From contig MU008215.1 in assembly GCA_010909165.1 (NCBI GenBank), positions 303,403 through 367,402 of the forward strand: a stretch of 64,000 nt of DNA, given 5' to 3'. Below the pieces are notes generated by a model that made no database searches, was not told the DNA's origin, and worked only from the letters and a program-made list of their open reading frames with translations. Source of the DNA: Anthoceros angustus. Taxonomy: Eukaryota; Plantae; Anthocerotophyta. Shown here piece after piece: positions 24,419 through 37,625 of this stretch. Positions within the stretch are counted from its first letter, which is position 1. The number at the start of each line of letters is the position of its first letter. Both the position numbers and the translations under genes were made by a program.

Positions 24419-27400
24419 TGTAAACGATCTAGTCTCGAAACCCTGCTAAAATGTGCCCAAGTGAATTTTTTGTTTTTTTTGAGTGTGAAAATAAGTGATG
24501 GTAGTTGGGGATATTCATAGTAAAAATGTCCTTGGCCTATGGAGTTCTTTTTGTTTTATTGCCTAGGTTAGAAAATAAATGGTCCGGAATTTGGTTCCTT
24601 GGCCCATGGACTATGTTCAAAAAGGTCTATATATGTGAGATAGGGGTGGTTAATTAATTGAGTCTATAAGTTGGGGTCCGCCAGAGCCGAATGAGTGGGG
24701 TTGTGGATTGGGAGGAAAGCGGTCGAGAAGACAACCAGAGTAGGGGCCAAACTTAACCCTAAGGAAATGTGACGAGCGCTCAAACGGAGCGCGGCCGGAG
24801 CGAGGAGGAGTGGAGCGCAACGGCCGGAGCGTGAGGTCGAGGAGCGTTCGAGGGGACCGTGATCGAGAGCGAGGCGCGATCGGGGAGGGCCAACCCTCAC
24901 GCGAATCGCAACCCCACAGGAAGGAAGGCGGCGCCGGCCCTTGCGAGGAGGTAGGAACCCCGAGACCCCTGTGAAATTCGCAGCGAGGTGGCTGGGAGGC
25001 GCGCGAGACCGGGGACTCGTGAAGGATGGCGCCAAGGTCCACCGAATTGTGCCCAATGGCCAAACATGGATCATTGGAAAGTTCGAGCTGGGGCGGTGAA
25101 GGAGTCGGGTTTCATGGAAGAGCGGTGGAATTACACGGACTGTGGGAGTGCGCCACACAAAAGACAAGCAACCGCGGGGATTTAGAGCAAAGCCGTGGAT
25201 TGGGACCGCATTGGTTAGGGAAGTGTATCAGAAGGAGGAGGGGGGTTTGGTGATGGAACCAAAAGAGCAGAAGCAGCATACCGTTAAAGCGGGCGAATCC
25301 GGAACCCAATGGTTGACGACGGATTGGCAACAGCAGCTTGATGGGTCCGCCAGTGGCTGTACAAGACAAGAAGTGGATTATTTGTCCGACCACCTTGTTC
25401 CTCCATGAAGTGGTCAAGGGGCGAATCGATCGGGACGAATTCTCGAGAAGTTGTGTGAAGAGAGGTTGAACTTGATTTCTCCTACCCCCTCTCTAATCTC
25501 ACCATTCCTAGTCCATCTTTATGTTTACGCTAATGCCCGCCAGAGGTGGAGATAGCCTCCCTTCATGTGGAAGCCTGGGAGGTGAAATGGAAGGAGGAGC
25601 CCAAGGAGGAAATTGAGGAGGAATGACAGGGAGTCCATGGCGGGCCCGAGGAGGAGAAGGAAATTCTACCAAAGAAGAAGAGGAAGACCGGGTGGGCATC
25701 GGGTGAAGGTGGACGCCACTGTCGGTCGGCCTGGCAAAGAAAATGAAAGCCAAACGGGCTGAGGTGGAGGAAGAGGCGCGATCCGAGGACAATTTTCGAC
25801 TGGATGCATGATGAATCAACGAGGGTTTAGGGCGACCTCGAGCGGACCCTCCTCAAAGATGGGAAGAGATTTTCAAGGGACTCCACCGGCAACAGAGGTG
25901 GATGCAACCGAATTGGTGAGGGTGCGCACTTTGTTGGGAGGAAAGTTCTCGACAGAGGATGGCGGCACGGGGCCGCCAACAAGTGGAATTGGTGACGACC
26001 ACGGCGATCCGGGCCCAAGCGGATTTGTTGGATCAAGCTTTTAGCTCTCACATGGCTCTGGGTGCAAGGGGCGGCGGAGGAAGTGGTGAAGGCCGTTTGA
26101 TTTAAGAGGAGGCCAAGCAAGCAACTGGAGGAAGACAAGCGGGCCTAGAGGAGATAAGGGCAAGATTGGAGGATTTGTGTGGCCTGTGGAGAAGTGCAAG
26201 CCATGACGAGTCCAGGAAGCACTCATGGCTCAAATTAAGGATGCCCACGAGTCAAAACCAGAGATGGGGGGAGTTGTTGCAGCCCAGAGCGGAGGGCCTC
26301 GTGGAGAAGGCCCATAAGCTGGAACGGCGATATAACGGAGCGGATGAGGCACGGGCGAACCAAAAAGAGAAGGGAAGCGAGGTGGCGGTGACACGACCGG
26401 GGTAGTGGAAGGCACCGAGGAAGGACACAGCAGCCAAGGTAGTCAAACACTCACCACTTGGACCAACGACGGTGGAGTCCACGGTAGGCGGAAGCCACAT
26501 GGCGGGGCGATGACGCGACGCGGCACCCCGCGAGGACATGGACCAGCAACTGTGTAGCTACGGAGGAGGGTAAGCACCTCAGCAGGAGGTCCTATTATGT
26601 TGCACATGGATGAGGAAACTTACGTGCCTCGGGTCTATATGTGAATGGAGAACGTGGCTTAACCTCACCGTCCCATGCGTGTGGAAATAGGAGGGATCAG
26701 TCCTACCCATCGCAAGTGAGGACCCGGCATACTTCTACCATTGCGCCGAGTGTGGATTGGCCCCTATTATGCGGAGGCGACTTTGGAGGAGTTGAGGAAG
26801 AGGAGGTCCAGCTTGGGTGGATGAGGAACCGTGGTAATCCTCGAATAGGCCAGGAAGAGGCGGAAGCCCGGCGGTGGTATGCCTCAAATTAGGACGCCCA
26901 GTGATGTGAGGTGGAAGTGTGGGAGAACCCGTGACCGGGCGGCGGTGAGAGAGCTCGTGGCGGCGATGGAGGACGAAGGGCCAAAGTGACGAGTCGGGGA
27001 GGGCGAGGATAGCGAGGCAGGGTGGTAGCATCCTAAAGATAATTTGGTTAGGATGCCCATCGACCTAGGATCGCTTAGAATTGTGGGTGCCCTTAGCTTT
27101 TAGGATCTAGAAACTGGGGAAACGGGCCCCCGATGTATAAGAGGGGCAACTTTGCCCACCACGATAACTCGGTTGAGATCCCACGCCTGTGGATGGTTGG
27201 AGACGTCCGATGATGAGGTGGTGTGTGCGAGACGCCCTAGGGGTGGTCGAGAGCTTGCTCCGCAACGGGAGGAGGAGGTGATGGAGCAATTGCCGACAAA
27301 GGAGGAGGAAGCCAAGGGATTGGCGCGGTCCGGAGCTTGCTCGCGCCGGACGCCCGGTTCTTCTCCTTCACCTTGTCCCTGAGTTGTGTTCAAATCGAGA

Positions 27401-28054
27401 AGTGTGAGTGGATGGTTGGAAGCCCGGGCGAATTGAGGGAGGGGAGAGAGAGAGAGAGAGATCGGGTGAAGGAGAGATCAAATCAGACGCGATGCGAGGT
27501 GTGAGATCGTAAGGGAAGAGAAGGAACTAATTGAGAAGCGTGGAGAATTGTGTGTGAATTGAGAAACTCAAACCGTGTGCATGGAAAGTGCACAAGGAAA
27601 ACAAAGTCTCTAGTAGAAACCGTGTGGGTGGCGCCTGTGTGTGTGTGTGAGGAGTGGAGTATCCTAGGAACTTTGGTCTCTAGGAATTGGTGTGTGCATG
27701 AAGTGTGGAGTGCCAAATAAAGTCCGATCCGTGAGCACCGTAGCCGCCTGCTAGATCCGCGGCGCGCCGAGATGAGTTGCTAGGGTTTGGTGTGGGACCC
27801 ACCTCGGTCGAAAGCAACTACCCGGTTGTGGAATGAGATTGGCCGTGGAAATGGGATAAGTGGTTGGACAAGTCGGTAGTAGGAGATAGGTAAGAGGAGT
27901 GATAGCAAGTAGCCCGACTTAGGCAAAGGTCGAGGATAGAAGTTAGCGTCACTTGGCACAAACCATTCCCTTGGGAGCGAATCCTAGGCCTACAACGACA
28001 TTGAGGGTGAATGTGGACCTCACGGTGTCCCTAGACACAAGGTTACACTCCACA
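24419..28054 (+). repeat. Gypsy A 3' LTR
   Basis: Follows the PPT, ends actccaCA. Confidence 0.9.
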
Positions 28055-30507
28055 ACCACCTGCCAAGGGCTCCTCCTCACGAGGTGGAAAAGGAAAGAAG
28101 GCAGCAGCGGAGGTTGCGGCGCCAGGAGGGGGTGAGGTCGAGATGCCCTAATTTACGTGCTTTGCAGGGCAGTTCAACCCTAGGGATTTGGTCGATTTTC
28201 GGCAGTGGGCAGAGGAAGATAACATCCAATTGGGATGGGTGTATGGCCGCCAATGGGCCTACACCAATTTGGAGTTGATTGAGGAGTGTTACATCAACCT
28301 CCATCAACCGGAAGCAGCCCTTGCCGCGTTGCCAGAGAGGAATGCTCGGACTGATCCGCGCTATTGGACGGTTCGAAGCATTCGACAGGTGTATGGAAGG
28401 CCGGAGGAGGAGAGCTCAGGAATCGCTCTCCTCGAGAGGACAAATGGGGGGAAGAGGATTGCCCTCTCGGAAATTCCTCAAGAGGTCCTCGACATGATGG
28501 ACGGAGGAGTGAAGGCCCACGCCAAGAATGGCTGGAAGACGGACAGCATCAAGGAGCTGAAGTGGAGGCTCTTTGCTAAGATTGTGTTGGGGTTGGTGAA
28601 TTATCAGCGACTTCTTATTTCGCACCAACTTCCTTCAATTTTTGTGGAAGATTTCGAGAGGAGCCAAGCTGATTGGGGCACCATCATGTATGAGGCCTAC
28701 ATCCATCATGCTGTGAGAAGCCTTTAGGCCAAATTCGGTGGATGAGGAAGGGGCCAAGGCCCTGTTATCTTAGCACCTATTTGGTGCATTTGTGGGAGAC
28801 CGAGGGGCTCCTCACCAGCAAAAAGCTGGAGGATGCTTGGCATCCTTCGAAAATAATTCACCTCCAGCCAAGTTTAGAGAGGCCTTTGCCTTTCGCTTTG
28901 AGGAAGATGATGGGGGGCCAGACCTCCACAAGCATGCCAGGGATAAGTATGGCCGCTAGAGGGGGAAGCCTCGGGAGCCCCGGAGTTTTCCCTCCCACAT
29001 TTTTGGCGCCGTTGCCGGCGACTTGTTGCTGAAAAGTTTGAAGTTTTTGTGATTTCCATTGCTAGGCTGCAGAATGTTTGAGAAGGGACTGACGGTCGAC
29101 CATATGTTGTGAAGAAGGAGCTTCACGTCCTCAAGTTGTCATAGGGGTGAACGATTGAGACACTAAAGGGTGTGATTTGCTTCCTTCTTATCGACTGTGG
29201 GTTGGAGGCCATGAGGATGCTTGCAGATGTCTGGTAAGGGAAAGACCCGAGGAGGAGAACGTGGAAGGTCGCCCCCGCCTGTCACTGCAAGGGATTTACG
29301 AGCTTCACGGAGAAATCGATTAAGGGAAGAAATTGCTGCTGCCGCCACCCGTCGACAGCAGGAAGAAAACGAGCTACGGGCGATCGAAGAGGAGGCCATC
29401 CTTGCCGCGACGCACGAAGGAGAGGACGGTGGTCGAAGGGAGGACGGTTCGGAGGAAGAAGGGGCGGAAATCACCGACAGCGAAAGGAAAGAGGTTGTGG
29501 AGGAGAAATTGGTGTCCGTAGGAAGGGAGACATCCCCGAGCGCCGTGACTTCACGCACTGGCCGTGGAATTTGCCAATGATGGGTTTCTTGAGGCGGTGA
29601 GTCCACCCACTTCCAGCGGAACTGACAGCGACGACGAGGTCGTAAGTAGTGGGGAATTTCAAGCTTGGTCGGAGGACTTGGCTGAACGCCTCGATCGTAT
29701 CATTGCTCAGCTCAATCTTTTGGGACGGACCACAGGGGAGGTCGCTACTCCTCCGTTGGTTCAGAACTTCAGCACCCAAAGATCCTGATCTGTTTTTTGG
29801 TCCACCGAGGGGAGGAGAAGCATAGGAGTAGCGGGAACGGCTGGGACGAGCAACATGAGTGGAGCCATTGGCGGAGGAGGGCTGCCACAGCTCCACAGTC
29901 GCCAACAATATGTCAAATTTGGCGAGAAGAAGAAGGGCGATGACGCGGAGGCGTTTGTGAGAACTTTCGAGCACGTCTCCCACGCCAACTTGGAGGATCG
30001 AGCTGAACGATCGCGCATCTTCCGGACTACATCGAGAGGCACGCATGCAGGTGGTATGGTCGCACCTACAAAACGGTGGCACCGACGGATTGGGAGGCTC
30101 AAGGCCTTCTTGAATCAATTTCCCGAGGCCCGCCACGCGATCATACCTTGGCAAAACTGAGGACCCTTCGTAGGAAGAAGAGAGAATCCTTGTTTGATTA
30201 TGTGCAGAGGTTCTATGGCTACCTAGATCGAGTTCCAAAATGTGCACCCGAGAGGCAGGGGGATCCACCCACCTCTGGGTACTCACAAGAGCAAGCGCTG
30301 GATTGGTTTGTGAGCGGATTGTCCCGAAAAATGGAAGTACACTGCAGACGCGAGACTAAGACGCTGGCTGGAGCCATTCGATTAGCTGAGGAATGGGAAT
30401 CCGCCGAGTTGGGGAGAAGGAGGAAGAAGAGGCGAAGCCATAAGAAGAGGAAAGGATCGAGGCGCCGAGCCTGCCTTCCCTCCGCCTCCTCCACCGCCAT
30501 CCCTACT

Positions 30508-30758
30508 TGAAGGATCGTGGGGCGACATGATGGTGGAAAGAGGAGAGGAGAGGAGGAGGCAAGGATCTCTCACATTGAGATGAGGCTTGGAGGGTATTTA
30601 TACCTCCAAGGGCTCCTAGGAAGCTCCACAAGAAGCCCCTAGGAAGGAGCACAAGAAGCTTCCTAGTGATTAGCTTCACTAAACTAATGATACTTAATCG
30701 ACACCTAACTTAGACTAAGTGTATTAGTCTAAGTACATTGGGCTTTAATACCCTTACA
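30508..30758 (-). repeat. Copia-2 3' LTR
   Basis: TG...CA on the minus strand next to the PPT; its 3' part is homologous (inverted) to 59240-59333. Confidence 0.85.
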
Positions 30759-32663
30759 ACCTCCCACTTAAAGGCCAATTTACCTTCAGAAGAATGGACT
30801 ACCTCATGCCCATCTGTCCGAGCTTGTGCAAATTGCTCAGAGAGTCCCTTGGTAAGAATATCTCTAGGTTCGGTGTGAACCTTGACAAGTTGTACCCTCT
30901 TGTCATCCAACACCTCTCGAATGAAGTGATACTTCACATCCACATGTTTAGTCTTCGCATGAAACATCGGATTCTTTGCCAATTGGATAGCACTCACAAT
31001 GCAACACCAGCTCAACCTTGATCCCCAAGTCTCCCACTAAACGAGCAAGCCATATGGCTTCCTTGCAAGCCTCCGTCGCAACATACTCGGCCTCTGGTAG
31101 ATAGCGTAATGCACGATCGCAAACGAGATCGCCATGAGATCGCCTCCAAAGGTACATGAAGACATAACGATGTGGACCTCCTTTTGTCCATATCCTCGCA
31201 TAATCGAGATCTGTACCCAACCACACATGCATCTTCACTACCAAAACATATGCACAAAGCTTTTGTACCGATACCTCATAACTCCTTTTATCGCCTCCCA
31301 ATGCTTCTTGCCGTGGTTTGACATAAACTCGCTAACCACTCCCACCGCAAAGGCAATGTCGACGTAGCAATCATTGCATACATCAAACTCCCTACTGATG
31401 AGTATGGGACCTTCTCCATTTCAGCTTTTGTCCTCCTCGAGCTTGGGCAATCCGCTTGAAAGTTTCACATATGGAGGCAATGGAGTACCCAATGGCTTCC
31501 CTTCTCCATGTTGAAACGTTGAAGCACCTTAATGTATTATGAGACAAATAAAGCGACGCTTATGTCCGCTCCGAATACGCATGCCAAGTATATGGCTCGC
31601 CTCCCAAGTCTCATTTCAAAGTGAGCATTCAACTTTGACTTCAACAAATCTCATCAAGACTGCTCCAAAGAATTAGCATATCATCCACATAGAGGATCAA
31701 AATGAGCAAGCTTTGATCCTTAGCTTGCTTCGTATAGAGGCAATGATCCTCATCGCCACGCTTGTAGCCTTGAGAAAGCATAAATGAGTGGAACTTGTGA
31801 TACCACTGGTGCCTGTTTTCAAACCATAAAGGCTCTTCCTCAACCTCGCACACCGATTCTCTTTGCCCTTCTCAACAAAACCTTCGTTGCGTGTAGACTT
31901 CCTCTTGAAGGTCACCATGCAAGAATGCCGCTTTGACATCCATCATACAAGTTCCATATCATTCTCGGCAACCAAAGCAAGAACACATCGCAAAGTTGTC
32001 ATTTTGACTCGGTGAGAAAATCTCATCAAAGTCAATGCCGGGTTGTTGCTTGAAACCCTTAGCAACCAATCGTGCCTTGTACTTTGGTTTGCCATCAAGG
32101 TATGACCTTCATCTTGTACACCCATTTGCACTGAGTGCCTTCTTATCCTAGGCAACCGAACCAACTCCCAAGTTTGGTTCTTATGCAATTCATGACCGCA
32201 TGGCCTTCTCCCACTTCTCTTGTTACTCATTGACATGGCCTCTTTGTAAGAAGAGGGTTCCCACAACTGCCAACATGACATAATCCGTAGATGGATCATA
32301 CCCGCCGAGGTCGTGTAATCCTGCCTGACCTACGAAGCACAGACACCTCCATAGGTGCTTGTTCGACTCTTGGTTCATCTACCGGTGGAGGACTATGCTC
32401 CTGCACATTACCACGGCTATTAACCTGCCCATGATGATCGTATCCATCTTCTTGGAAGATCACCCTTCGCACCTCCACAGTTGGAGTAGGCTTCCAGTCA
32501 CTACAACACAACGTTTGGTTTTATGACGCGTTCATGGATGAGACAAACACGATTCGGCCTTGCTAATGGTGCGGAGGGTGGGATGGGTTTCCGTCATAAT
32601 ACAAGTCATTGAAACAACGTGCTCGCGAAATGAATGACGGCACTCGAACGGGGTCGTCGACAT

Positions 32664-35600
32664 TGATGAGAATCATAGCTGCTCTAGGTAGCAAAACATA
32701 GCAAGCAGATAGTAGAAAGCTTTGCACAAAAAGTTGTATGCATTAATTATAATAGAAAGTACAAAGCCTTTATATAGGCTAGGTGGTTATAACCATAAGG
32801 TGGTTATAACCATAAGTAGTTCTAACCTCTAAGTGGTTGTAACAACTAACTACTCATTAAACTACCTAAAGCCCTAAGAACTAAATTAATTAATAGCCTT
32901 AGGTGCCCTAGTGAAGAGTGCCCTAAATAGGTCATATTTCATCACTCCCACTCACTATGAACTAGGTGTGAAGAATCAGCTTCAAAATGAGACTAAAAAG
33001 ACTAGTTAGCTCCCACTAACTTGAAAACTATCCACTAACTAAGAAAACAATTAAAAACTGGCTTAAGTTACATTTAAGCAGAATTTAACGTAATCAAAAT
33101 TAATTACCAAAAAGGTAATTAGGAAATGGTAAATTCCTAAATAAGGTAAAAAAAAGGGTAAAGATGAAAACCATTAAATGGGTTAAACCCATGGGGCATG
33201 TGATGCCGTCAGTATGCCCATGTGGGGGGTGGGGGTTAGGTCATCAGTTAATGTACCCTCCCCATACGGTTTTATTCCTCCTCCCGCTCCATCGCTCCCG
33301 CTCCTCCCGCTCCTCCCCAAAGCTCCTTGGCTATGGCTCGTAGCGGATCCGTGCAGAAAAAGCGCCGGCGTCCCTGGCGGTGCGCCGCCACATGTACTCA
33401 CCCTGCGGTCGCCAGCTCGATCTGCTGAAGAATGGGCGCCCGGCTGCTGCGGGAAGAAGAAATTGGGAGAGTCACGGCCCACAGGAGGGATCGCGCCTCT
33501 GAGAGTGAACGCCCCTCCATGCGTGCCCTGATCCTCCACCGCATCTAAATGGATTCCAACCTTTGTGGAGAGCCCACCATGATTTCACAGTGGTAGGAAG
33601 TGGTCGCACTCGTGTTGATGTTGAAGTCACCGGGAGAGGTGGAAGTCGTCCCTGCGGTGATGGAGGTCGCCAATTGATGTGTGAGTGCCGCCATATGCGG
33701 GAGTGTCTCACCCAAGCCGGAGATTAAAGAAAGCCGATCTGCATGTCTTGTCTCAATGTCTCAAAAGTGCTCGCCGCTAATCCCAAGCCAACACCGCTCC
33801 AACCGCAAGATGTCGTCACCATCAGTGTGAGAGATCGTCGGGAAGATTTCATAAAGCTCCTGTGAGGAAGAAATCGCCGAGATTGTTCTCTTATCGGATA
33901 CAAGTGCCTCGGAAGAATCTTCATTGAAGGGCTTCATTGGATGAAGGGTGTTTCTTCAAGCAACATGAGCGGCAAAGGGGCCTCGCATCTAGGTTCCCAT
34001 TCTTCTTCTTTCTGATCCTTTTCCATGTGATTAGGTATTACGCACCAATTACAAATAATTCCACTCTTTTGGTACCCACGGAAGGTGTGGAAGAGTTGGA
34101 TTCGCCATGATATTTGTTTGGTGTGGAATAAGCGTCTATTGGAAGGAGAACTTTTGCGCGTCCTCTTCCTCTGCCTCTTCCGGCACATCACTGCTTGTTG
34201 GACTTGGGCTCATGGCGTCATGGACTCCTCCACATGGCTAGCTGATGAGTTCTGCGACACGATGTCGAGGTCTTCGCCCCGCATCGAAACCGCGAATTCT
34301 TTTGGGCTTGTCGAACCACGCGTTGTGGTGAGAAATGGTAGTGCAGGAGGGTGGGAGGGAAATCAAGAGAACAAGGAATGCAACAAGTTCGGAGGAGGTG
34401 TTGGTGGCGCTTCATATTGAGATCCGCTTCGGAAAGTGTTGATATGGTGTTCGGAGTCGATTCCTTCATCTTGATTGAAGAAGTTGCGCATCGCATCATA
34501 CTCATCACATCTCTTGAAGAATATAAGCGAGCAAGGTGATCCCACATCATTTAGAAGTTTTGCTTGCTTGCATTGTCTTACCATATTAAGGGCTAGTCCA
34601 CCGATCGGAGGTCTTGAGCTTTTTCATCCTGGCGTCCCAGTTTCTTTGCTCTCGGAGCCCCAGTGTGGGTGTGGACCCACTTACAGCGTCCCATAGGTCT
34701 CGATTGCGGAAAAGTGCATTCGTGGGCGCCAAGCGTCATCGGCCCATTGAATCATCCTTCTCCTTAAAAGCTGTCACCATAGTTGTGATTCACCACGGAA
34801 GGTCGTACTTCATCTTTGGGTGGATCCCGCCTCCTCGATCGTCCACGCGGAACCAGCCATTGCGGTGGTCACTATTGCGCCTTAGAGCTGAGCGCCCGCA
34901 TTTCCTCATCATCATGCAGAAACATCGCAAGGAGCAAAACAAGAAGAAACCTTTTCAGACCGGGCGTGTTTGTCGGGATGACGAGCAGCAGGGAAAGTTT
35001 GTGATGAAGACACCAAGATGTTTGTCAAGATGCTCAAGGAGGCGCTTATTGAGATCACGCACTTCTCTTGCTAACTCCTCTATGCTTGTTCTGCGAGGGT
35101 GTGTTGACGGCGTGGTTCTCTGGCGAGAGTCTTTATCGAAGGAAGTTTCTTGCTTGTGTTGTTGTAAACTGCATTGGAGAGAGGAAGAGGACCGCTTGTA
35201 GATTTGGGATATGATCAAGAGCGAGTTCAATTGCTTTCACTTGACTTAAACTAAAGATAGTAAGCAAGTTTCTTCTAGCAATTTCTATCCGCCTCCCTTG
35301 ATCTTCTACTTTGATTAGAATAGAGCCAATGAAGTTAGCAATAAGTATGGAATCTCCTACTATCTTACTAGACTTCCTAGCAATTCTAATCTTTGCATTC
35401 CTATATTCTATCTCTTGTCTTGCCTTAATCTTCTTCCAATAGCCTTGCTTGCGAGGATTGAAGGATCCATCGCATTGAAGCAAGGATTGGATGCACTGTG
35501 TGCATTATTGAAGATTAGGAAGGCAAACATGACAAAGAATCTATGACATGCAATCTAAAGAATCTATACATCTTCTAAAAAGAAATGAAGAAGAAGATGA

Positions 35601-35944
35601 AGAAGAAGAGTAGATCAGCATGTCAAGTTGTCCAATGCAAATAGAGAGCAGCAATGCTCCGATACCATGATGAGAATCATATGCTCTAGGTAGCAAAACA
35701 TAGCAAGCGATAGTAGAAAGCTTTGCACAAAAGTTGTATGCATTGATTATAATAGAAAGTACAAAGCCTTTATATAGGCTAGGTGGTTATAACCATAAGG
35801 TGGTTGTAACCATAAGTAGTTCTAACCTCTAAGTGGTTGTAACAACTAACTACTCATTAAACTACCTAAAGCCCTAAGAACTAAATTAATTAATAGCCTT
35901 AGGTGCCCTAGTGAAGAGTGCCTAAATAGGTCATATTTCCTTGA
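32664..35944 (-). mobile_element. Non-autonomous gag-only LTR element (TR-GAG-like) nested in the CACTA
   Basis: Near-identical ~280-bp LTRs at 32664-32944 and 35668-35944; PBS tggtatcggagc (-, 35656-35667); PPT tgagtgggag (-); flanks gacat/ggcat; Copia-type gag MWDHLARLYSS and knuckle-like CNWCVIPNH; no RT, RH or INT found. Confidence 0.85.
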
Positions 35945-37020
35945 GGCATTACTTGACTGGTCGAACTGTCCTCATGACCTTGGGATTCATGACCGACCTC
36001 GGGTGGGCCCCCTCCGTTCTTGCGGACGTCACAGAAAGCCGTCGGGCCAGCCGGTTGGGCGCTCAGGCCCGTCCATCCCGTCAATCACCTGTATCCATCC
36101 GTGAAGCTGGCGGTCGACTACCCCAGCCTCAGACGTTTGTACCTTCATTCTGGCCCCGTCCTGGAGCCAGCCCCTTGCTCGACATTTGTCGCCCATTCCA
36201 CACTTTGGTGCCGCCGCCCGGTTACTTCCCTTCCTCGACAAGCCTCGTCAGAAGGTTCCTCTTCACTTCCTCTGTGCTCCCCAAATTTGATGACGATCGG
36301 CTCCGGTCCCACCTCCTGGCTCCTCCCGCCGCCTTCCCGCAGAGCCCTTCGGGTGACTCTCCGGGTTGGAGTGTCCCGTGTAGGCTGGGTTTGGGAACAA
36401 CGTCACGGTGGCCCAGGTCTCCGCCTTAGGTCCGGCTGCCTCTCTCGCGTCCACCGCCGACAATGATAAGAGAAGTCTACCCCAAATATGGCACACTACA
36501 CCCTCTGACCGTTCACATTGCGACTCACCCGTGCATGCTGCGGGAATTTGTTGGGCGCTTCCCCCCTCCCCACGAGGTTGAAGTGTGGAAACTTCAGCCC
36601 TCCTGTCATTGGCTCCAGCATGCCCACCAAAACCTGCCTGACGGAGGCCCCCTGTCGTTGCTGTTCATGCAATCCACAAGGATTTGTTGACTATTAGAAT
36701 CCAGACCACCCATTCGATGTGTATTTCAGCGTGTGATCCTTTTTTGTGCTGCTTACCATCGTTTCTGAGTTCTGGACTTGCCTTGCCTCCGGCCCCCCTT
36801 GTCAAGCGGACAAGTTTTTCGTTGGATCACTCTTCCTACCACAATAGATATGCAACAAGTCTCTATCCCCTTACGTTCGACCGGTTTGCAAGTCCAAGAC
36901 CATTTACCATTACGATGCATCAAGTGTGGATCGCCCCAGGTCCTCCCGATGCATAAAAGGGCATGCAAAGTCAGATGTTGGTGATTAGGCGCAAAGACTC
37001 CAGTTTTGGACAGCACTTAC

Positions 37021-37625
37021 CCATGCTTCGGTCAAGCTCAGTGTCCATCTCCCGTGGGCTTCCTTCGCCTGTACAAAGCCGAAGCTTCAGTGTCGCAAAA
37101 GCCAGTCAAGCACAAATGGCCCGTAGGTGGTCCATCCACCGCCCGGCGTGCAATTGCATGCTTACCTGGTCTCCCACCCGTCATAGCCCAGTACTGCTCC
37201 ATCTTCTCCACACCATGTTTCGCCCCCCAAATTGTTTCGGCCACACTTGGGGTCACCCCATATAGCCCCTCAAACCCGTAGCCGAAAGTCCGTTCCCCCA
37301 CCTCTGCCAAATGGGTTCGTCCCCGCAGACCCATGCTTCGGCCAAGCCTGTCCATCTCTGTGGGCTTCCTTCGCTGTACAAAGTCAAGCTTGATGTCGAA
37401 AAGCCGCCAAGCACAAATGGCCGTAGGGGTCCATCCACCGCCCGGCTGCATTGCATGCTTACCATCGTCTCCCACCCCATAGCCTGAAAGATCCATCTTC
37501 TCCACACCATGTCACTTAAATTGTTTCGCCACACTTGGGGTCACCCATATAGCCCCTCAAACCGTAGGCCGAAAGTCCGTTTCCCCACCTCCGCTAAATG
37601 GGTTCGTCTCACTCCATGCTTCTCG
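37021..37625. repeat. ~300-bp tandem duplication (2 copies plus start of a third) in CACTA cargo
   Basis: ccatgcttcgg..caagc..gtccatctc..gtgggcttccttcgc..tgtacaaag...aaatgggttcgt at 37021 and 37331; on - both encode ...RTHLAEVG(E/K)RTFG... Confidence 0.85.

Larger units (their letters stand above)
14997..28054 (+). mobile_element. Ty3/Gypsy (Athila/Tat-like, non-chromovirus) element A, full length, ~3.6-kb LTRs
   Basis: LTRs 14997-18603 and 24419-28054 are collinear along their length (TG...CA); PBS tggcgctgccgggaa at 18607; PPT aaatgagaagggag at 24403-24416; imperfect TSD accaa/accac; order gag-AP-RT-RH-INT; no chromodomain seen. Confidence 0.92.
14959..28900 (+). pseudogene. Accessory ORF inside LTR B, split by the Gypsy A insertion (14959-14996 joined to 28055-~28900)
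   Basis: Removing 14997-28054 joins MPRK...GKEP to PAKGSSSRGGKGKK... and continues LIEECYINL...DWGTIMY...PCYLSTYLVHLW, resembling Athila/Tat accessory plant-transposon proteins. Confidence 0.55.
14096..30507 (+). mobile_element. Athila/Tat-like Gypsy element B: 5' LTR (start uncertain, ends 28999, split by Gypsy A), PBS and truncated gag
   Basis: LTR end ...ccctcccaCA at 28999 then PBS tggcgccgttgccgg (29004-29018, tRNA-Asp type). gag-like ORFs 29225-30507 (DAEAFVRTFEHV, LRTLRRKKRESLFDYVQRF, LDWFVSGL) are cut by the Copia-2 LTR. Confidence 0.75.

Noticed and set aside
4632-28999. Inverted repeat between 4632-4690 and 28940-28999 taken as the ends of one element
   Set aside because: 28999 is followed by a PBS and gag, so these are LTR ends of two related Gypsy elements in opposite orientation.
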